DNA of 64,000 nucleotides from Thecamonas trahens ATCC 50062 (GCF_000142905.1 NW_013657622.1:162780-226779), one strand, 5' to 3'; positions 34,901 through 46,397 are shown, counted from the first letter of the stretch. The notes: generated by a model not told the origin, from the letters alone. Numbers and translations: made by a program.

Positions 34901-37900
34901 CTACCGCGGCATGAGCGAGACAAAGTGAGCATCGACAGCGGCGCGCGACGCGGTATCAAGCCTCCGGGCGACGGCGCGGAGGAGCTCCTCGCCGTCTCCG
35001 CCGACGAGCTGGAGGAGACCGACCGACTGCTTGGCGACGGCATGGACGAGGGCGCGGTCGCGGGACCGCAACGCGGTCTCGAGGTGCGGGACGACAGCGG
35101 GCGCGTGCTCGGGGAGGCATGAGAGGTGACGAAAGAGAATCTCAAAGGCGAGCGGGCGGGCGTCCGGCTTTGGGCCGACGGCGACAGCGACGACGGCGTC
35201 AAGCTCGGCGGCAGCGGCTGCCGGGTCGCCGTCCTGCTGGCGGCGGAGTGTCGGCAAGTCGCGAGAGCTGGCGTAGCGGAGGCGCGGCAGCGGGCGGCCG
35301 TGGGCCATGGCGAGAAGGCGCTCAATCCAGGGTGCGCCGCCGCCGTCGGGCCAGCCGCCGGTGAGCTGGGCGAGGGCGGCGAGGAACTTGTCGTCGCCAG
35401 CGACGGTGAGGCCGGCGTCCTCGGCGAGGCGGACGTGGACAAAGGCGGCGAGGCCCATGAGCCTGCGAAGATGGAGCCACTCGTCGTGTCCTGCGCCGGC
35501 TTGGGCACCTGCGCCGGCGAGAAAGGCGGAGCCGAGGAGGTCGAGAACGGCAGCGACGAGGTCGCGTGTGAGGACGCGGCGGAGGGCATGGAGGAGGGCG
35601 ATGAGGGCAAAGGCCATGGTGAGGGCAGCTGGGCGGGTGAGCCCGCCGCTGACCATGGCGTCGAGCATGCCGAGGAGCGACGGGGTGTGGCGGACAAGGA
35701 CCGCGCCATGCGCGCGCGCGTAGTAGGCGAGGGCGCCAAAGGCCGCCCGCCCGCCGGCGGTCATGTCCAGCTGGACGAGGAGGTGGTGGATGACGACGTC
35801 GGCGTTGGACGCTGCCAGATCAAGCCCGGGCGCGGACCATTGTGGTGGCGACAGGAGCGGCGAGGCGGCGGCAGCGGTCTCGCCCAGCTCGTCGGGGAAC
35901 TTGAGGCAGAGGCGGGTGACCCAGGGCGCGTCGCCGGCGCCGGCGTTGCGTGCGCCCGTGACGACGGCACGGAGGCCGCGGCCGGTCCGGGCGAGGCGGA
36001 CAACGAGGCGGAGCCAGCGATCTGAGGAGACGATGCCGCCGAGGGCGGCCAGGGCCGAGTCGGAGAGGACTGGACTCACGACAAGGCTGCTCGGACGGTC
36101 CGGGGCGAGCTCCCACTTGACCCGGCGGCGCTCCGAGTTGGCGTCGAGGTAGGAAAGCCATGCGCCCGGACGGGTGGCCACAGCGTGGAGCGCCATCAGC
36201 AGTCGCTCCTGGACAAGCGATGGCGCTGCCGGGGTGATAGCGTCAAGCGCGGCGGAGATCCGGGGCCAGGCCGAGGCAGTGGCGCAACCGGCGAGCAAGA
36301 GCCGGGCGGCGCCAGGAGCGAGGTCGGTGTACGGCCCGGCGCCAAGCGCGGCGTCCATGGCTGGCACCGCCCATGCGTCGAGGAGCCAAGCCACAAAGCC
36401 GGCGGCCGCTGGGTGGCGGCATACGGCCGGAGCGGGAAGGACCTTGGTGCAGAGGGCGGTGGCGAGCTCGGCGCGCCACGCCCGCAGCGCGTCGCCGCAA
36501 AGACTAGCCTCGGCGGCGGCGACATCGGCCTCGAGACTCAGACAGCGCGAGTCGACGGCGCGGGCGACAATGGCGTCGACCGAAACCGTCGCCGAGGCGA
36601 GGCGAGGTGCGGGGGAGGCGAGGCGGCGGACGACAAGCGGCGCGGTTGGCGGGGCGCTGGAGTCGGCTCTCGCCCCGTCGTCTGCAATGTCCATGCCGAC
36701 AGCAGCGACTGCAGCACCAGCACTAGCGCTCGCGGGAGCAGGGCGGGCCAGGGTGGCAGCAAGGAGACGTGCGGCGGCCGTCGGCGCAGTCGGCGCGGCC
36801 GAGAGTGTCTTGAGGCGAAAGGCGAGCATCTTGCGGGAGAGTGCGCCGAGCGAGGCGGCGGCAGCGGCGAGGTCGGCGTCCGAGGCGGCGGTGACGACCG
36901 GGAGGGCGAGGAGGGCGGAGCGCTGGGCCCGGGGGCCTGGGCGGGCGAGGAGAGCGACGACATCCGCAAGCGAGCAGGCGGCGCGGGCGGCAGCTGCGAG
37001 CGGGAGGTCGGGCGGGCCGAGGAGCGCGAGCGGGAGGCAGACGGGCCAAGCACGCGGGACGCGGCCACCGTTGGCAGCGGCGAGGACGGCGACGAGCGAG
37101 ACCAGGAGCTGGGCGTCGTCAGCGTGGAGTATGAGTACAACGAGGGCCTGGACAGCCGGGAGGAGAGCGGCGAGGGCAGCCGGGTCTGCGTCGGCGCTGG
37201 CGGCGGCGACCATGCGGGTGACGGCAACGAGGAGGGCCGGGCGCGGACTGAGAACGTCATCGAGGGCCGAAGACGGGACGGGGCTGCGGCCCGCGGCGAT
37301 GTCGGCGACAGCCGTGACAACGACGTCGACAACGGGGGGATTGTCGGGTGCGAGGGCGACGAGGGCGTCGAGGTAGGCGGCGAGGACGGTGACGCGGTCC
37401 TCGACGCGGAGGGCGGCGGCGAGGGTCGAGGTAAGGAGCGAGGCGAGGCCCGGGGCCATAGCCGGGATGGCGGTGAGCCAGGCATCGGAGACGACTGCGG
37501 TGAGGGCGGCCGAGGCTGCGGCGCGGCGCGGCGCGGCAGGAGAGGAGAGGCCCGGGAGGAGGACAGAGAGGACGGGCTTGGCGGCGGCCGGCAGGCCTGC
37601 GGCGACGCGGGTGGCGAGGGCGTCTGCAAACGAAGCGCGCTCGAGGAGGGCAGTAACGAGGAGCTGACAGAGGGTGGGCAGCGGGACCGAGTCCATGATG
37701 GCCGAGGCTGTGGCCGAGTCGCCAGCGAGGAGCGGCGAGAGCCATTTGAGGGTCTCGGACGGGTCCTGGCGCGCGATGAGCGAGCGGAGAAAGTCCGGAG
37801 CGCGCGAGGCGGTGAGCGGGGCAGAGAGGTTGAGCTCGGTCTGGAGGGCGGCGAGGCGCTCGTCGACGGCAGAGGGGAGGGCGGTGTAGGTGGCGGCGTC

Positions 37901-40264
37901 GACGGGTGCGCGCGGAGCAAGCAGTGCTCCGTCGCGGACAAGCGACATGTGGAGGAGGGCGTCGAGCGGCGGGGCGCCGGGCGCTGCTGACGCGAGCGCA
38001 GCCTTTGCGTCGGCTTCGATGCGGGCAAGAGTGGCGTCTGCGGATGGCGCCGGCGGGCGCGGCGGCGGCAGCGAGTGGGGGAGCGGAATGCCGGTGATGA
38101 GGCGCTCCATGCAGAGGCGGACGGGCGGGACGTTCTCCCAGCAGGCGGCGCCCACGGTTGCCGGGGCGAGGCACGAGGCAAGGGTCATGCCGACAAAGGC
38201 CTGCCAGAGGAGGTCTGCGCGGGCGAGCGGCGGGGCACGGGCCATGTGGCTGGCGAGCGGGCGCGGCCAGACAAGGGTGGCCGGGTTGAGGAGGGCTGCG
38301 ATGACCTCGTCGGCGCCGAGCGGCGGGCGTGGCGGCGGGAGTGAAGCGGCGCGGCGGAGGATCTTGAGGGCAAAGGCGAGGCGGGTGGGCGGGGCGAGGC
38401 CGCGGCAGCGGCAGATGCTCACCAGGCACTCTTGCTCGAGCGGGACGGTACGGAGGGCGTACTTGACAAGGCGGGCCGTGGCGGCCGGCGAGAGCTCCGG
38501 GACCGAGTAGGCCTTGGCCGGTGCGAGGAGGAGGATGCGGGTGAGGTACGAGGTGAGGTCGCGCTCGGAGAGCTGCGGGAAGACTGAGGGGATGTTGAGC
38601 GTGAGCCACTTTGCGGCGATGGCGTGGATGCGCGGGACAGCACGCGGGAAGGCGTCAGCAGGCGGCCAGGCGGCCGGCTTGGTGGCCGGGTCGTGGACGG
38701 CGTGCGGGACCGAGGCTAGGATGGCGGCGACGAGGAGGTCAACGAGGGTCTTGACCCACGCGGCAATGTCAAAGCCCGAGTCCGGCTTGGGCCAGGCGGC
38801 CGGGCGGGCGGTGGCACCGGCCACAAAGCCGACCATGTCAAAGGGCGGGCGGGGAGGGCGCGGGGCCGATGACGGCGGGTGCGGGCCGACAACGACGCCC
38901 GCAGCCCAAAAGGCGCGGAGAAAGGCCGGGACGCCGCGGCGGAACTTGGGCTGCATGAGCAGGGCGGCGGCGACGGTGCCAAGCTCATATTCGGCGTTGG
39001 GCGTGGTGACGGTCTCAAAGACGGCGGCCATGGAGGCGAGGCGCGACGAGGGCTTGCCGGCGGCGGCGGCGGCCTCGAGGAGGGCACCGAGGACGTGGAT
39101 GCGGATGCGCGGCTCGTGGGCGGCAATGAGCCGGGCGAGGAGCTCGTCCGACTTGCCCGGGCGGAGGCGGACAAGGGCGGCGACGACGGCACGGTCGGCA
39201 GGCGCCGCGCCGGTGGTGTGGTCGACGAGCGAGGCAAGGAGCTCCTCCGCGGCGCGCGAGGTCCAAGTCGAGGCGAGCCACGACGAGAGGTGCTTGACGG
39301 CGAGGTCGCGGGCGGCGGCGTAGCCGACAAGCGACGGGAGGATGTCAAGCATGTGGCCGTCGGGCGGAAGGGCGTGGAGGATGGGCAGAACGGTGGCGCG
39401 GAGCGCAGTGAGCGCGGCGCGGTCCGGAAAGGCGCCCCGCGAAAAGGCGGCTAGCCGGGCAGCGGCGTTGGGCGAGTCGGGCGGGACCGACTCGTGGTCA
39501 CGAAAGGCGCCCTTGAGCTGGGCGATCAGCGGGGCGGTGCCCGGAAGGTCGACCCAGACGCGCGGGCCAGCAGCATCGAGCATGTACAAGTGGCCGACAA
39601 GCTGCGGGAGAGGCGAGGAGGTGAGGGCAGCGGCGGTGCGGAGCGACATGAGGACAAGAGCAGTGACAGCGCCGGCGGCGCGAGCATGGGTCCCAGCCTC
39701 TGCGGCAGCAGCCAGCCGCGGGAGGAACTCTGTGGCGCGAGAGACGAAAAAGTCCGAGACAAGGGCACGCGGCGCATTGCGAGCAACGCCGGCGAGTGTG
39801 TACGAGAGCAGCGGCGGCGGCTGTGGCCATGTGCCCTTGATGACGTCGACCAGAGCATCGATGAGGGCGCCCATGTCTGTCCTCGCAGCTCTCCTCGCAG
39901 CCGCATCTTGACCATCACCCACGAGCGCTCTCAGAGAAGCAACCCAATCCCTACTTGCCAACGACTTGATGAAGCGCTTGTAGGTAGCTGACGATGGCGT
40001 AGCCAGCGGATGTGCCGTTGCCAAAGGACGTGAACGCGAAGATGATTTTTTCTTTGAAAGCCCATTGCCCGACGAGCCACCATGACCACCACCACCACCA
40101 CCACCACCATGATGATGATGATGATGATTATGATGTGATGGTCGGTGGTGGAGGGAGGAGGAAGAAGAGGTGGCCAACGATGATGATGATGATGATGATG
40201 ATGGTGTTGCTGTTCTGCCAGACGAGTTTGATCGTGACGAGGTGGAGACTGCCACTACGTCCAT
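34901..40264 (-). CDS. INTS1: Integrator complex subunit 1
   Basis: LYMLDAAGPRVWVD, RDLAVKHLSSWL..SRAAEELL, LLWQAFV..PATVGAACWENVPPVRLCMERLIT and SRAPDFLRSLIARQ..LKWL..PLPTLCQLL align with remembered INTS1 conserved blocks in the same order. Confidence 0.85.
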   Translation of the reverse strand: MDVVAVSTSSRSNSSGRTATPSSSSSSSSLATSSSSSLHHRPSHHNHHHHHHGGGGGGGGHGGSSGNGLSKKKSSSRSRPLATAHPLATPSSATYKRFIKSLASRDWVASLRALVGDGQDAAARRAARTDMGALIDALVDVIKGTWPQPPPLLSYTLAGVARNAPRALVSDFFVSRATEFLPRLAAAAEAGTHARAAGAVTALVLMSLRTAAALTSSPLPQLVGHLYMLDAAGPRVWVDLPGTAPLIAQLKGAFRDHESVPPDSPNAAARLAAFSRGAFPDRAALTALRATVLPILHALPPDGHMLDILPSLVGYAAARDLAVKHLSSWLASTWTSRAAEELLASLVDHTTGAAPADRAVVAALVRLRPGKSDELLARLIAAHEPRIRIHVLGALLEAAAAAGKPSSRLASMAAVFETVTTPNAEYELGTVAAALLMQPKFRRGVPAFLRAFWAAGVVVGPHPPSSAPRPPRPPFDMVGFVAGATARPAAWPKPDSGFDIAAWVKTLVDLLVAAILASVPHAVHDPATKPAAWPPADAFPRAVPRIHAIAAKWLTLNIPSVFPQLSERDLTSYLTRILLLAPAKAYSVPELSPAATARLVKYALRTVPLEQECLVSICRCRGLAPPTRLAFALKILRRAASLPPPRPPLGADEVIAALLNPATLVWPRPLASHMARAPPLARADLLWQAFVGMTLASCLAPATVGAACWENVPPVRLCMERLITGIPLPHSLPPPRPPAPSADATLARIEADAKAALASAAPGAPPLDALLHMSLVRDGALLAPRAPVDAATYTALPSAVDERLAALQTELNLSAPLTASRAPDFLRSLIARQDPSETLKWLSPLLAGDSATASAIMDSVPLPTLCQLLVTALLERASFADALATRVAAGLPAAAKPVLSVLLPGLSSPAAPRRAAASAALTAVVSDAWLTAIPAMAPGLASLLTSTLAAALRVEDRVTVLAAYLDALVALAPDNPPVVDVVVTAVADIAAGRSPVPSSALDDVLSPRPALLVAVTRMVAAASADADPAALAALLPAVQALVVLILHADDAQLLVSLVAVLAAANGGRVPRAWPVCLPLALLGPPDLPLAAAARAACSLADVVALLARPGPRAQRSALLALPVVTAASDADLAAAAASLGALSRKMLAFRLKTLSAAPTAPTAAARLLAATLARPAPASASAGAAVAAVGMDIADDGARADSSAPPTAPLVVRRLASPAPRLASATVSVDAIVARAVDSRCLSLEADVAAAEASLCGDALRAWRAELATALCTKVLPAPAVCRHPAAAGFVAWLLDAWAVPAMDAALGAGPYTDLAPGAARLLLAGCATASAWPRISAALDAITPAAPSLVQERLLMALHAVATRPGAWLSYLDANSERRRVKWELAPDRPSSLVVSPVLSDSALAALGGIVSSDRWLRLVVRLARTGRGLRAVVTGARNAGAGDAPWVTRLCLKFPDELGETAAAASPLLSPPQWSAPGLDLAASNADVVIHHLLVQLDMTAGGRAAFGALAYYARAHGAVLVRHTPSLLGMLDAMVSGGLTRPAALTMAFALIALLHALRRVLTRDLVAAVLDLLGSAFLAGAGAQAGAGHDEWLHLRRLMGLAAFVHVRLAEDAGLTVAGDDKFLAALAQLTGGWPDGGGAPWIERLLAMAHGRPLPRLRYASSRDLPTLRRQQDGDPAAAAAELDAVVAVAVGPKPDARPLAFEILFRHLSCLPEHAPAVVPHLETALRSRDRALVHAVAKQSVGLLQLVGGDGEELLRAVARRLDTASRAAVDAHFVSLMPR

Positions 40265-40644
40265 GTCCTCAAGCGGCTGGGTGGTGTGACCTGTTGGTGG
40301 GGAGGGGGGGGGGGGGGGGGGAGAATGGAAAGGAAAAGAAAGGCACGGGGAAAGGGGCGGGAGGGGGGATAAGGGGGGGGAACCCACCTGGTATGTGTTG
40401 TGTGGGGAGGGGGCGGACAGGGTTTTTTTTGGGATGTGCTGGGATTGGGAAGCGTTGCATGGTCCAAGGCCTTTGAGGTGGAAAAAGAGGGTTTATAGAG
40501 GGGATTAAATGGGGTCTTTTGTTGTAAAACCTCTGGGATGGGGGNNNNNNNNNNNNNNNNNNNNNNNNNNNNNNNNNNNNNNNNNNNNNNNNNNNNNNNN
40601 NNNNNNNNNNNNNNNNNNNNNNNNNNNNNNNNNNNNNNNNNNNN

Positions 40645-40787
40645 GTGGAGGGGGGGGATGATTGAGGTTGTTGTTGGATTAATCGTTGGTTGGTGGAGGG
40701 GGGGGGATGATTGAGGTTGTTGTTGGATTAATCGTTGGTTGGTGGAGGGGGGGGGGGATGATTGAGGTTGTTGTTGGATTAATCGTT
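40645..40787. repeat. ~50-bp tandem repeat (3 visible copies, abutting a gap) between divergent INTS1 and Dad1-like genes
   Basis: Unit gatgattgaggttgttgttggattaatcgttggttggtggagggggg repeated. Confidence 0.9.
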
Positions 40788-40922
40788 CGCCTGTAGAATT
40801 GAATGGCGGAGGAGTGCGACTTGGTGAGGCAGTCTCCCGCCACCACCTCACCCCCCCACCCCCCACCCCAGCCCATCCCTTCCCCACCCCCCACCCCCCC
40901 ACACACACACCACACCCATACC

Positions 40923-41014
40923 ATGTCCACCTCTACAGAGGACTCTGCCTTTGAGCTCGAGCGCGTCCATCTTGTGCAGCGCATTACCAACGTACGTCCA
41001 GCACCAGTGGCGGC

Positions 41015-41049
<35 letters not shown>

Positions 41050-41520
41050 CGGAGAGGAGGAGGAGTAGGAGGAGGGAGGGAGGACACGAGGCAGCAGCTG
41101 GGGAGACCATGAATGCAGTCTCGAGTGTCTGGCTGTATGTGGTGGCTGACTGGGCCGTGGCTTGGTGGCTTGGTGGCTTGGGTATCGACTGGTGCCTTTT
41201 TCGCTGCGGGCACTGCCAATTTCGAGTCAAGGTGGCCATGGCCATGTGGAGCGCGTACTTGCCGCTGGTGAGGAGGATAGTGGCGGAGGGAGAGGGCCTG
41301 GTGGTGCGCATGAACTCATGTAGTCGGTGGGTGGATGGATGACGGGGTGTAGGGCCTGGTCGAGTCGGTGGCCATCGCCAAGGAAGTCAACGCCAACATG
41401 AGATCGCTCGAGGAGCAGACGGCGGCGCTGGCAAGATGGACAACCGTGTGGAACGGTTTCAGGGCAGAGCTTGCTGCAGGGCATGTCCAAGCCGTTGACA
41501 TGCTACAGTCATCGCAGTGA
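40923..41520 (+). CDS. DAD1: DASH/Dam1 complex subunit Dad1-like (78 aa; exons 40923-40991 and 41353-41520)
   Basis: The phase-0 GTACGT..GTGTAG intron yields MSTSTEDSAFELERVHLVQRITN/GLVESVAIAKEVNANMRSLEEQTAALARWTTVWNGFRAEL, matching the Dad1 pattern FExERxxLxxxIxxG...N..LE....W..F and its size. Confidence 0.6.
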
Positions 41521-43256
41521 TGGCCTTCATGAGCTGGCCGAGCCGCTCGGCGGTCGTCAACGAGCCTGATCGGATCGCGCTCGCGTCGGGCGTCGGGATG
41601 CGTGCCTGGCAAGGGAGAGAGGAAGAGGGAGAGAGAGAGAGAGAGTAAAGAAAACAGAGGATGACAGCCAATCAGGGCACAGCAGTTTATCATCTTCAGG
41701 CACTTGCCTGTCCCCTCCCTCCAGGCAACGGGCCCAGCCGCACAGTCCGGCCGCCGGGCACAGGCACGGCGATGGAGTTAGACTGATAGCCAAGGGGAGG
41801 GGAATGGATGGATGGATGGATGGATAGGTTGGTTGGGTAGGTGGGTGGGTGGATGAAGGTGGTGGAGGCAGAGAGGTAGAGCAGATCAGAACTCCCAGGA
41901 AAGGATGGTGCGGGTGGGGCGGTCGGCAACCTGACCAGGCTTGCAGAGTGTCAGGTTGACGCGCGAGGCAAACGAGCGCATGCCCGGCGGAACAATGTCA
42001 TCAAAGGCCGAGCTGAGCGCCGCTCGCGGGAGCGGCGTCGACTTGGGCCGGTTCATCAGCTTGGAGATCTTGGATTGCGCCTTGCGTGGCGACGGTGTGG
42101 TGATCTCGGCTTTGGATCGCGAGCGCTTGAGCATGCGCGGGCGCGGCGGGGAGGCGAGGCCAGGCATGCCGGTCGGCACGCACACAACATCGATGTTATC
42201 GCCGTCGTCGAAAGCAGGAGCGGCACCAGCACCATCGGCCCCGGCGTCAGCGTCGTCAGCACCACCGCAGCGCCCGGCTGTGCCGACAGCAAGGGCCGGC
42301 GAGCAGGGCGGGGCGAGCAGGGCGGCAACGGGCGAGAGCGAGGCGGGGCGATCGGCGGCAACCGCTGCCGAGGCCAGCAGAGCCAGCGTCTCCGAGGCAT
42401 CAACGTCCGACCTCGGCATCGAGACCGGCGCGGACGAGTCGGAGCAGGGGATCGGCGAGGTCGACGCCGGCCGCTGGCGAGCCGCCGACGGGTGGCAGAA
42501 CGGCAGCGGGGCGCCACCGCTCGGCGACGGCGTCCGCGAGCTCGATCCGCCGTTGACCTCCGACTCTTCCGGCTTCCACGACAGCTCGGGCATGGCCGGA
42601 GAGAAGATGGTGATGGTTGGCCGGCATGCGGCCGGGATCGAGGCCGGGGCCGAGGCCGAGCCTGAGCCCGAGCCCGAGCCCGAGCCCGAGGCCGGTGGCG
42701 GGCAGTCAACGGCAGGCCGAGCCGCGGCCGGCGAGATGGCGGTCGACGGGGCAGAGAGCGGGGCAAAAGGCTGGCGAGGGGTAGGTGCCGGCATGGCCTC
42801 GCAGGTCATGGCCTTAAAGGTGGTGGGATCGGGCCGAGGAGCGGCAACGACGTTGGTGGAGCGCTCGGTGAGGACGGCGGGCGCATTGAAATTTGAGCAA
42901 AGTTTGCCATTGCGCGCGCTCGGTTGGCGGCGGTTTGCCGGGCGCTTAAAGGCCGAGAAACGGCTGGTAAAGGGCGAGGATTCCATGATCTGTTCGGTCG
43001 TCATGTGCGGCATGATGGGTACTATGTTGCTACTAGCTGGGATTGACTCCTTCCTCTGTAGATCCTCCGGGCTGGGTGGGGATGTTGGCTGGGCTTGGGC
43101 TGGGCGTGTGCGAACTGGGGTGAGGCGCGAGTCGGGTGTCACTCGCTGCTGCCAACGATTCTTCGTTGCCTCGTTCGCCGCCTGCTCGGCACCCGAATCA
43201 ATGCTGTCTCTCGTTTGGTTAATCGTTGCCGTGCCTGCCATGCCGCTACCACTCAA
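41459..43256 (-). CDS. Ser/Pro-rich disordered protein with many S/T-P sites; probable 3' exons ~41705-41782 and 41459-41605
   Basis: 456-aa ORF followed by two polypyrimidine acceptors (ctatcag, ttgccag) and phase-0 donors CAG/GTTGCC and CAG/GCAAGT. This gives ..KPGQ/SNSIAVP..GRGQ/ARIPTP..ALQQALP*. Confidence 0.55.
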
Positions 43257-43760
43257 ACTTTCGTCAGCTAAAGAAAGCAGGCGCGGGCGCCAGGCGGCCT
43301 ATGTCGGCTGCCGAGTGGGCTGCACGCCAAGGCTACAAGCGCACGATAGAGGATACGCATGAGGGTAAGCACAACTTACCAAGGTACGCTATGCTCTTGT
43401 CCACAATGTCTAGAAGTTGTGCGGATATCGGCAAAGGGGTTGAGGAGAACAAGGTGATCATAGCACAGCGCGCCAGGTGGCCAGCAAGCGGGGGGCAAGG
43501 CCAGCTGGGCCCAAAAGAGCGTTTGGCGGTTTGAGGCGGAATTCAAAAATTTTGGATATTTGCGCGCCGAGCGGTTTGTGGCGGACCGAGCGAAGGAGAG
43601 AGAGGGCAGAGCGAAGGGGCGGGGAGGGACCAGGAGGGTGAGCAGGACGACATCGACTTGACTCTGCAGCAACCTGCAAGAGTAGACGCCAAGGCAGACG
43701 CCAAGCGAAGTTCACAAGTGGTTCCAGCAGGAGACCAAGGCAGATACAGATAGCACAAGG

Positions 43761-44767
43761 ATGGCGGCGAGCACGACACCTTTTACACCGACGCGAGTCC
43801 TCGGCGAGCGCAACACCGGCGGGTGCGAGGCATTTGGCGCTCAAGGCGACAACGGCGGGAGCATGGCGGCAACAATGCGTGGGGAAGGTTCTTCCCTCCT
43901 CTGCCAAGCCGTGGACTCGCCGGCGACGGTTGCATGGCGGGATCGGACCGAGGTCATCACACCCATTGATCATGCCATTGTGGTCGAGGCCGCCAACGAG
44001 GTCGTGGCGTCGCTGGTGGAAGCTGCGGTGGCTGGTGGCGAGGAGAATGTTCCGAGAGGAGCCGAGGTGGTGACGCCGAGCAAGAGCAAGGCGGCGGGCG
44101 GAGCGGCGGCGGACGAGAAGCCGGCGACGCCGCTGCAGGCGCGCTTTGTGGAGGTCATGGCCAAGTCGGCCGAGATGCTGAGCCCGCGGCGGAGCGTGAG
44201 CGGCGGGAGCAGCGGAACGCCGTCGGCCGTGGTCAAGGCGCTGGCACGGGTGGCTCAGCTCGAGGCTGATCTTGCTGCGGCCGAGGCTGGCAAGAGCAAG
44301 GCCGAGGAGGAGGCGGCGCAGCTGACGGCTGTGCTCGACGAGTTTACGGCCACCGTCGACGAGATCGAGGCGCGCAACGACTCGTTGACGGCCAAGGTGG
44401 CCGAGCTGACGGCGGTCAATGCCAAGTACGCCGAGGACTCGATGGCGCTCGAGATGGGCTTCAAGGAGTGGAAGGCCAAGGCGTTGGCGGCTGAGGCCCA
44501 GCTCGAAGCGCAGGCGAACACAGTGATCGAGCTCGAGGCCAAGCACTCGAACGAGACAATGCGTGCCCAAAAGGCGCTGATCAAGGCCGAGGACGCACTG
44601 GCTGCGGCCGAAGCCGACGCTGCTGCGCGGGTCAAGGTCCTCGAAAACAGCTTCGGGTGGCCGAGACAAAGATCAAGACTCTGAGCGGGCAGGTGGCGGC
44701 CAAGGACGCCGAGAACGCGGAGCTCACCCAGATCTGCGATGGCCTGCTCGAGCAGCTGGGCGAGTAG
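43761..44767 (+). CDS. TACC (transforming acidic coiled-coil) domain protein; frameshift near 44656
   Basis: After restoring one base (NSLRVAETKIKTL), the coiled coil ends in KDAENAELTQICDGLLEQLGE*, the TACC C-terminal ELTxICDxL signature. Confidence 0.8.
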
Positions 44768-44850
44768 CGTGAGTAACAAACATGTTTGTAACTGTGGCGT
44801 GGTGCCGTCGTAGTAGGGTAATGAGCTAGAGGCAGCATTTACCGAGAAAG

Positions 44851-46183
44851 CTACACAATGAGGTCCTCGTCGTCGTCGTCGAGGAGCGACGGGCCGGCGC
44901 CGTCGTCGTCAAGGCCAAGCAGCTCGCGGCGCTCGGCCATGGCAGCGTTCTTGGACTCGAGGGCGTCGGCCTTCTTCTCCTGGATCTTCTTGAGGCGGAA
45001 GAACTCCTCGCGTTCGCCCTCGTCGAGCTCTGTGATGATGTACGAGATGGTGTTCTCGATCTTGGGAATGACGACGTGCTCGATGGCGTTGACGCGGCGG
45101 TTCGTGAGCTTGATGGCCTCGTCGAGGGTGATGAAGGAGGTCTGAAGTGAGGCGAGCTTGACGAGCGACTGCAGCGCGTCGGCAAACTTGCTCTTGCACT
45201 GGCGAATCTGGGCGCCGCCCTTGCCGAGGCCGGTCAGCTCGAGGGCGTCGGACGAGCCCGAGTCCTCGTAGGCGTCAAAGACAGGGATCTTGACGCCGGC
45301 CACGTTCTCCAGCTCTGTGCGGATCTTCATGCTTGCCGAGCCGACGTTTTCGGTGACGAGATAGGCAAAGTCGCCCGCCACGTAACGGGCTTTTGTGATG
45401 GACATGGCCGAGTCGGACATCATCTCGCCGAGCGCCTGCTTGTATGCCTTGATCTCGGTGGCCACCGACCGGAAGCGGAGCGTCAGCGCGTCAGCCTTCT
45501 TCTTCAGCAGCGAGTGGCCCTTCTCTGCCGACTTGAGGCGGATCTTCATCGACGTGAGGGCCCTGTCAGCACGCAGCCGTAGTCGAGCACGATGGGGCAG
45601 CAACAACAGAAGTATCGGCATCAGCAGCAGCAGCAGTACCAGCAGCACAATGGTGACCAACGCCACGACGACGACCACCACGACCACGATGACCACGACG
45701 ACCACCACCACGACGACCACCACCACGACCACGACGACCACGACGACCACGACGGCGATCATCGACCAAAGCCATAGCCATACCCGCCCATTCCACCACA
45801 CCGTCATTGTCCCGTCATTCGTCAGTCACACGCCAGCAAGACAGCCCCACCCACCCTCTCCACCATACGCACGTGACCACTACACAGAGTACGGAGACCT
45901 CCACAAGTAGTACCACATACTCTTTGTACCATACAACACACGAGGAAGTAGGTGGGGGGATGGACGGGAGAGGGTATGTGTGGCGGCACCCTTCCCCACC
46001 ACACCACCCACACCCTGCGGGTAGGCGGGGGGGAGGGGGAGGAGGGGGAGGGGAGGGGGAGGGGGAGGGGGAGGGGGGAGGGGGAGGGGGGAGGGGGGGC
46101 GTGGTGGCTGTGGGGAAGGGGATGGGGGAGGGGAGGGGAACGTACATTCGTGTGGGGAAGACGGGGAAGATGTCCTTGGACAT
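44851..46183 (-). CDS. ATP6V1D: V-type ATPase V1 subunit D; intron 45563-46145
   Basis: [87 protein letters not shown] donor, GCTGACAG acceptor. Confidence 0.97.
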
Positions 46184-46290
46184 GGCGGATGGCAGGCGCT
46201 ACGTCAAGTGTGACTTGTGGCTTGTTCTTGGGGTAGTATGGGGGGAGGGGGGGGGAAAGGGCCATGTGACCTGAGCGCTGACTGACTTCA

Positions 46291-46397
46291 ATTGTTTGTT
46301 GTTGGGGGAATCGTTGGTGGCTTTGGTGACGATTGTTTGTTGTTGGGGGAATCGCTGGTGGCTTTGGTGACGATTGTTTGTTGTTGGGGGAATCGTT
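46291..46397. repeat. 41-bp tandem repeat (~2.6 copies) upstream of V-ATPase D
   Basis: Unit attgtttgttgttgggggaatcgttggtggctttggtgacg starts at 46291, 46332 and 46373. Confidence 0.9.

Noticed and set aside
36174-39911. Long antisense and alternative-frame ORFs over INTS1 (and similar ones across the window)
   Set aside because: Expected in very GC-rich coding DNA, with no recognisable domains.
45563-45807. Poly-Val N-terminal membrane anchor on V-ATPase D
   Set aside because: Intronic trinucleotide repeats. The true first exon ([13 protein letters not shown]) is at 46146-46183.
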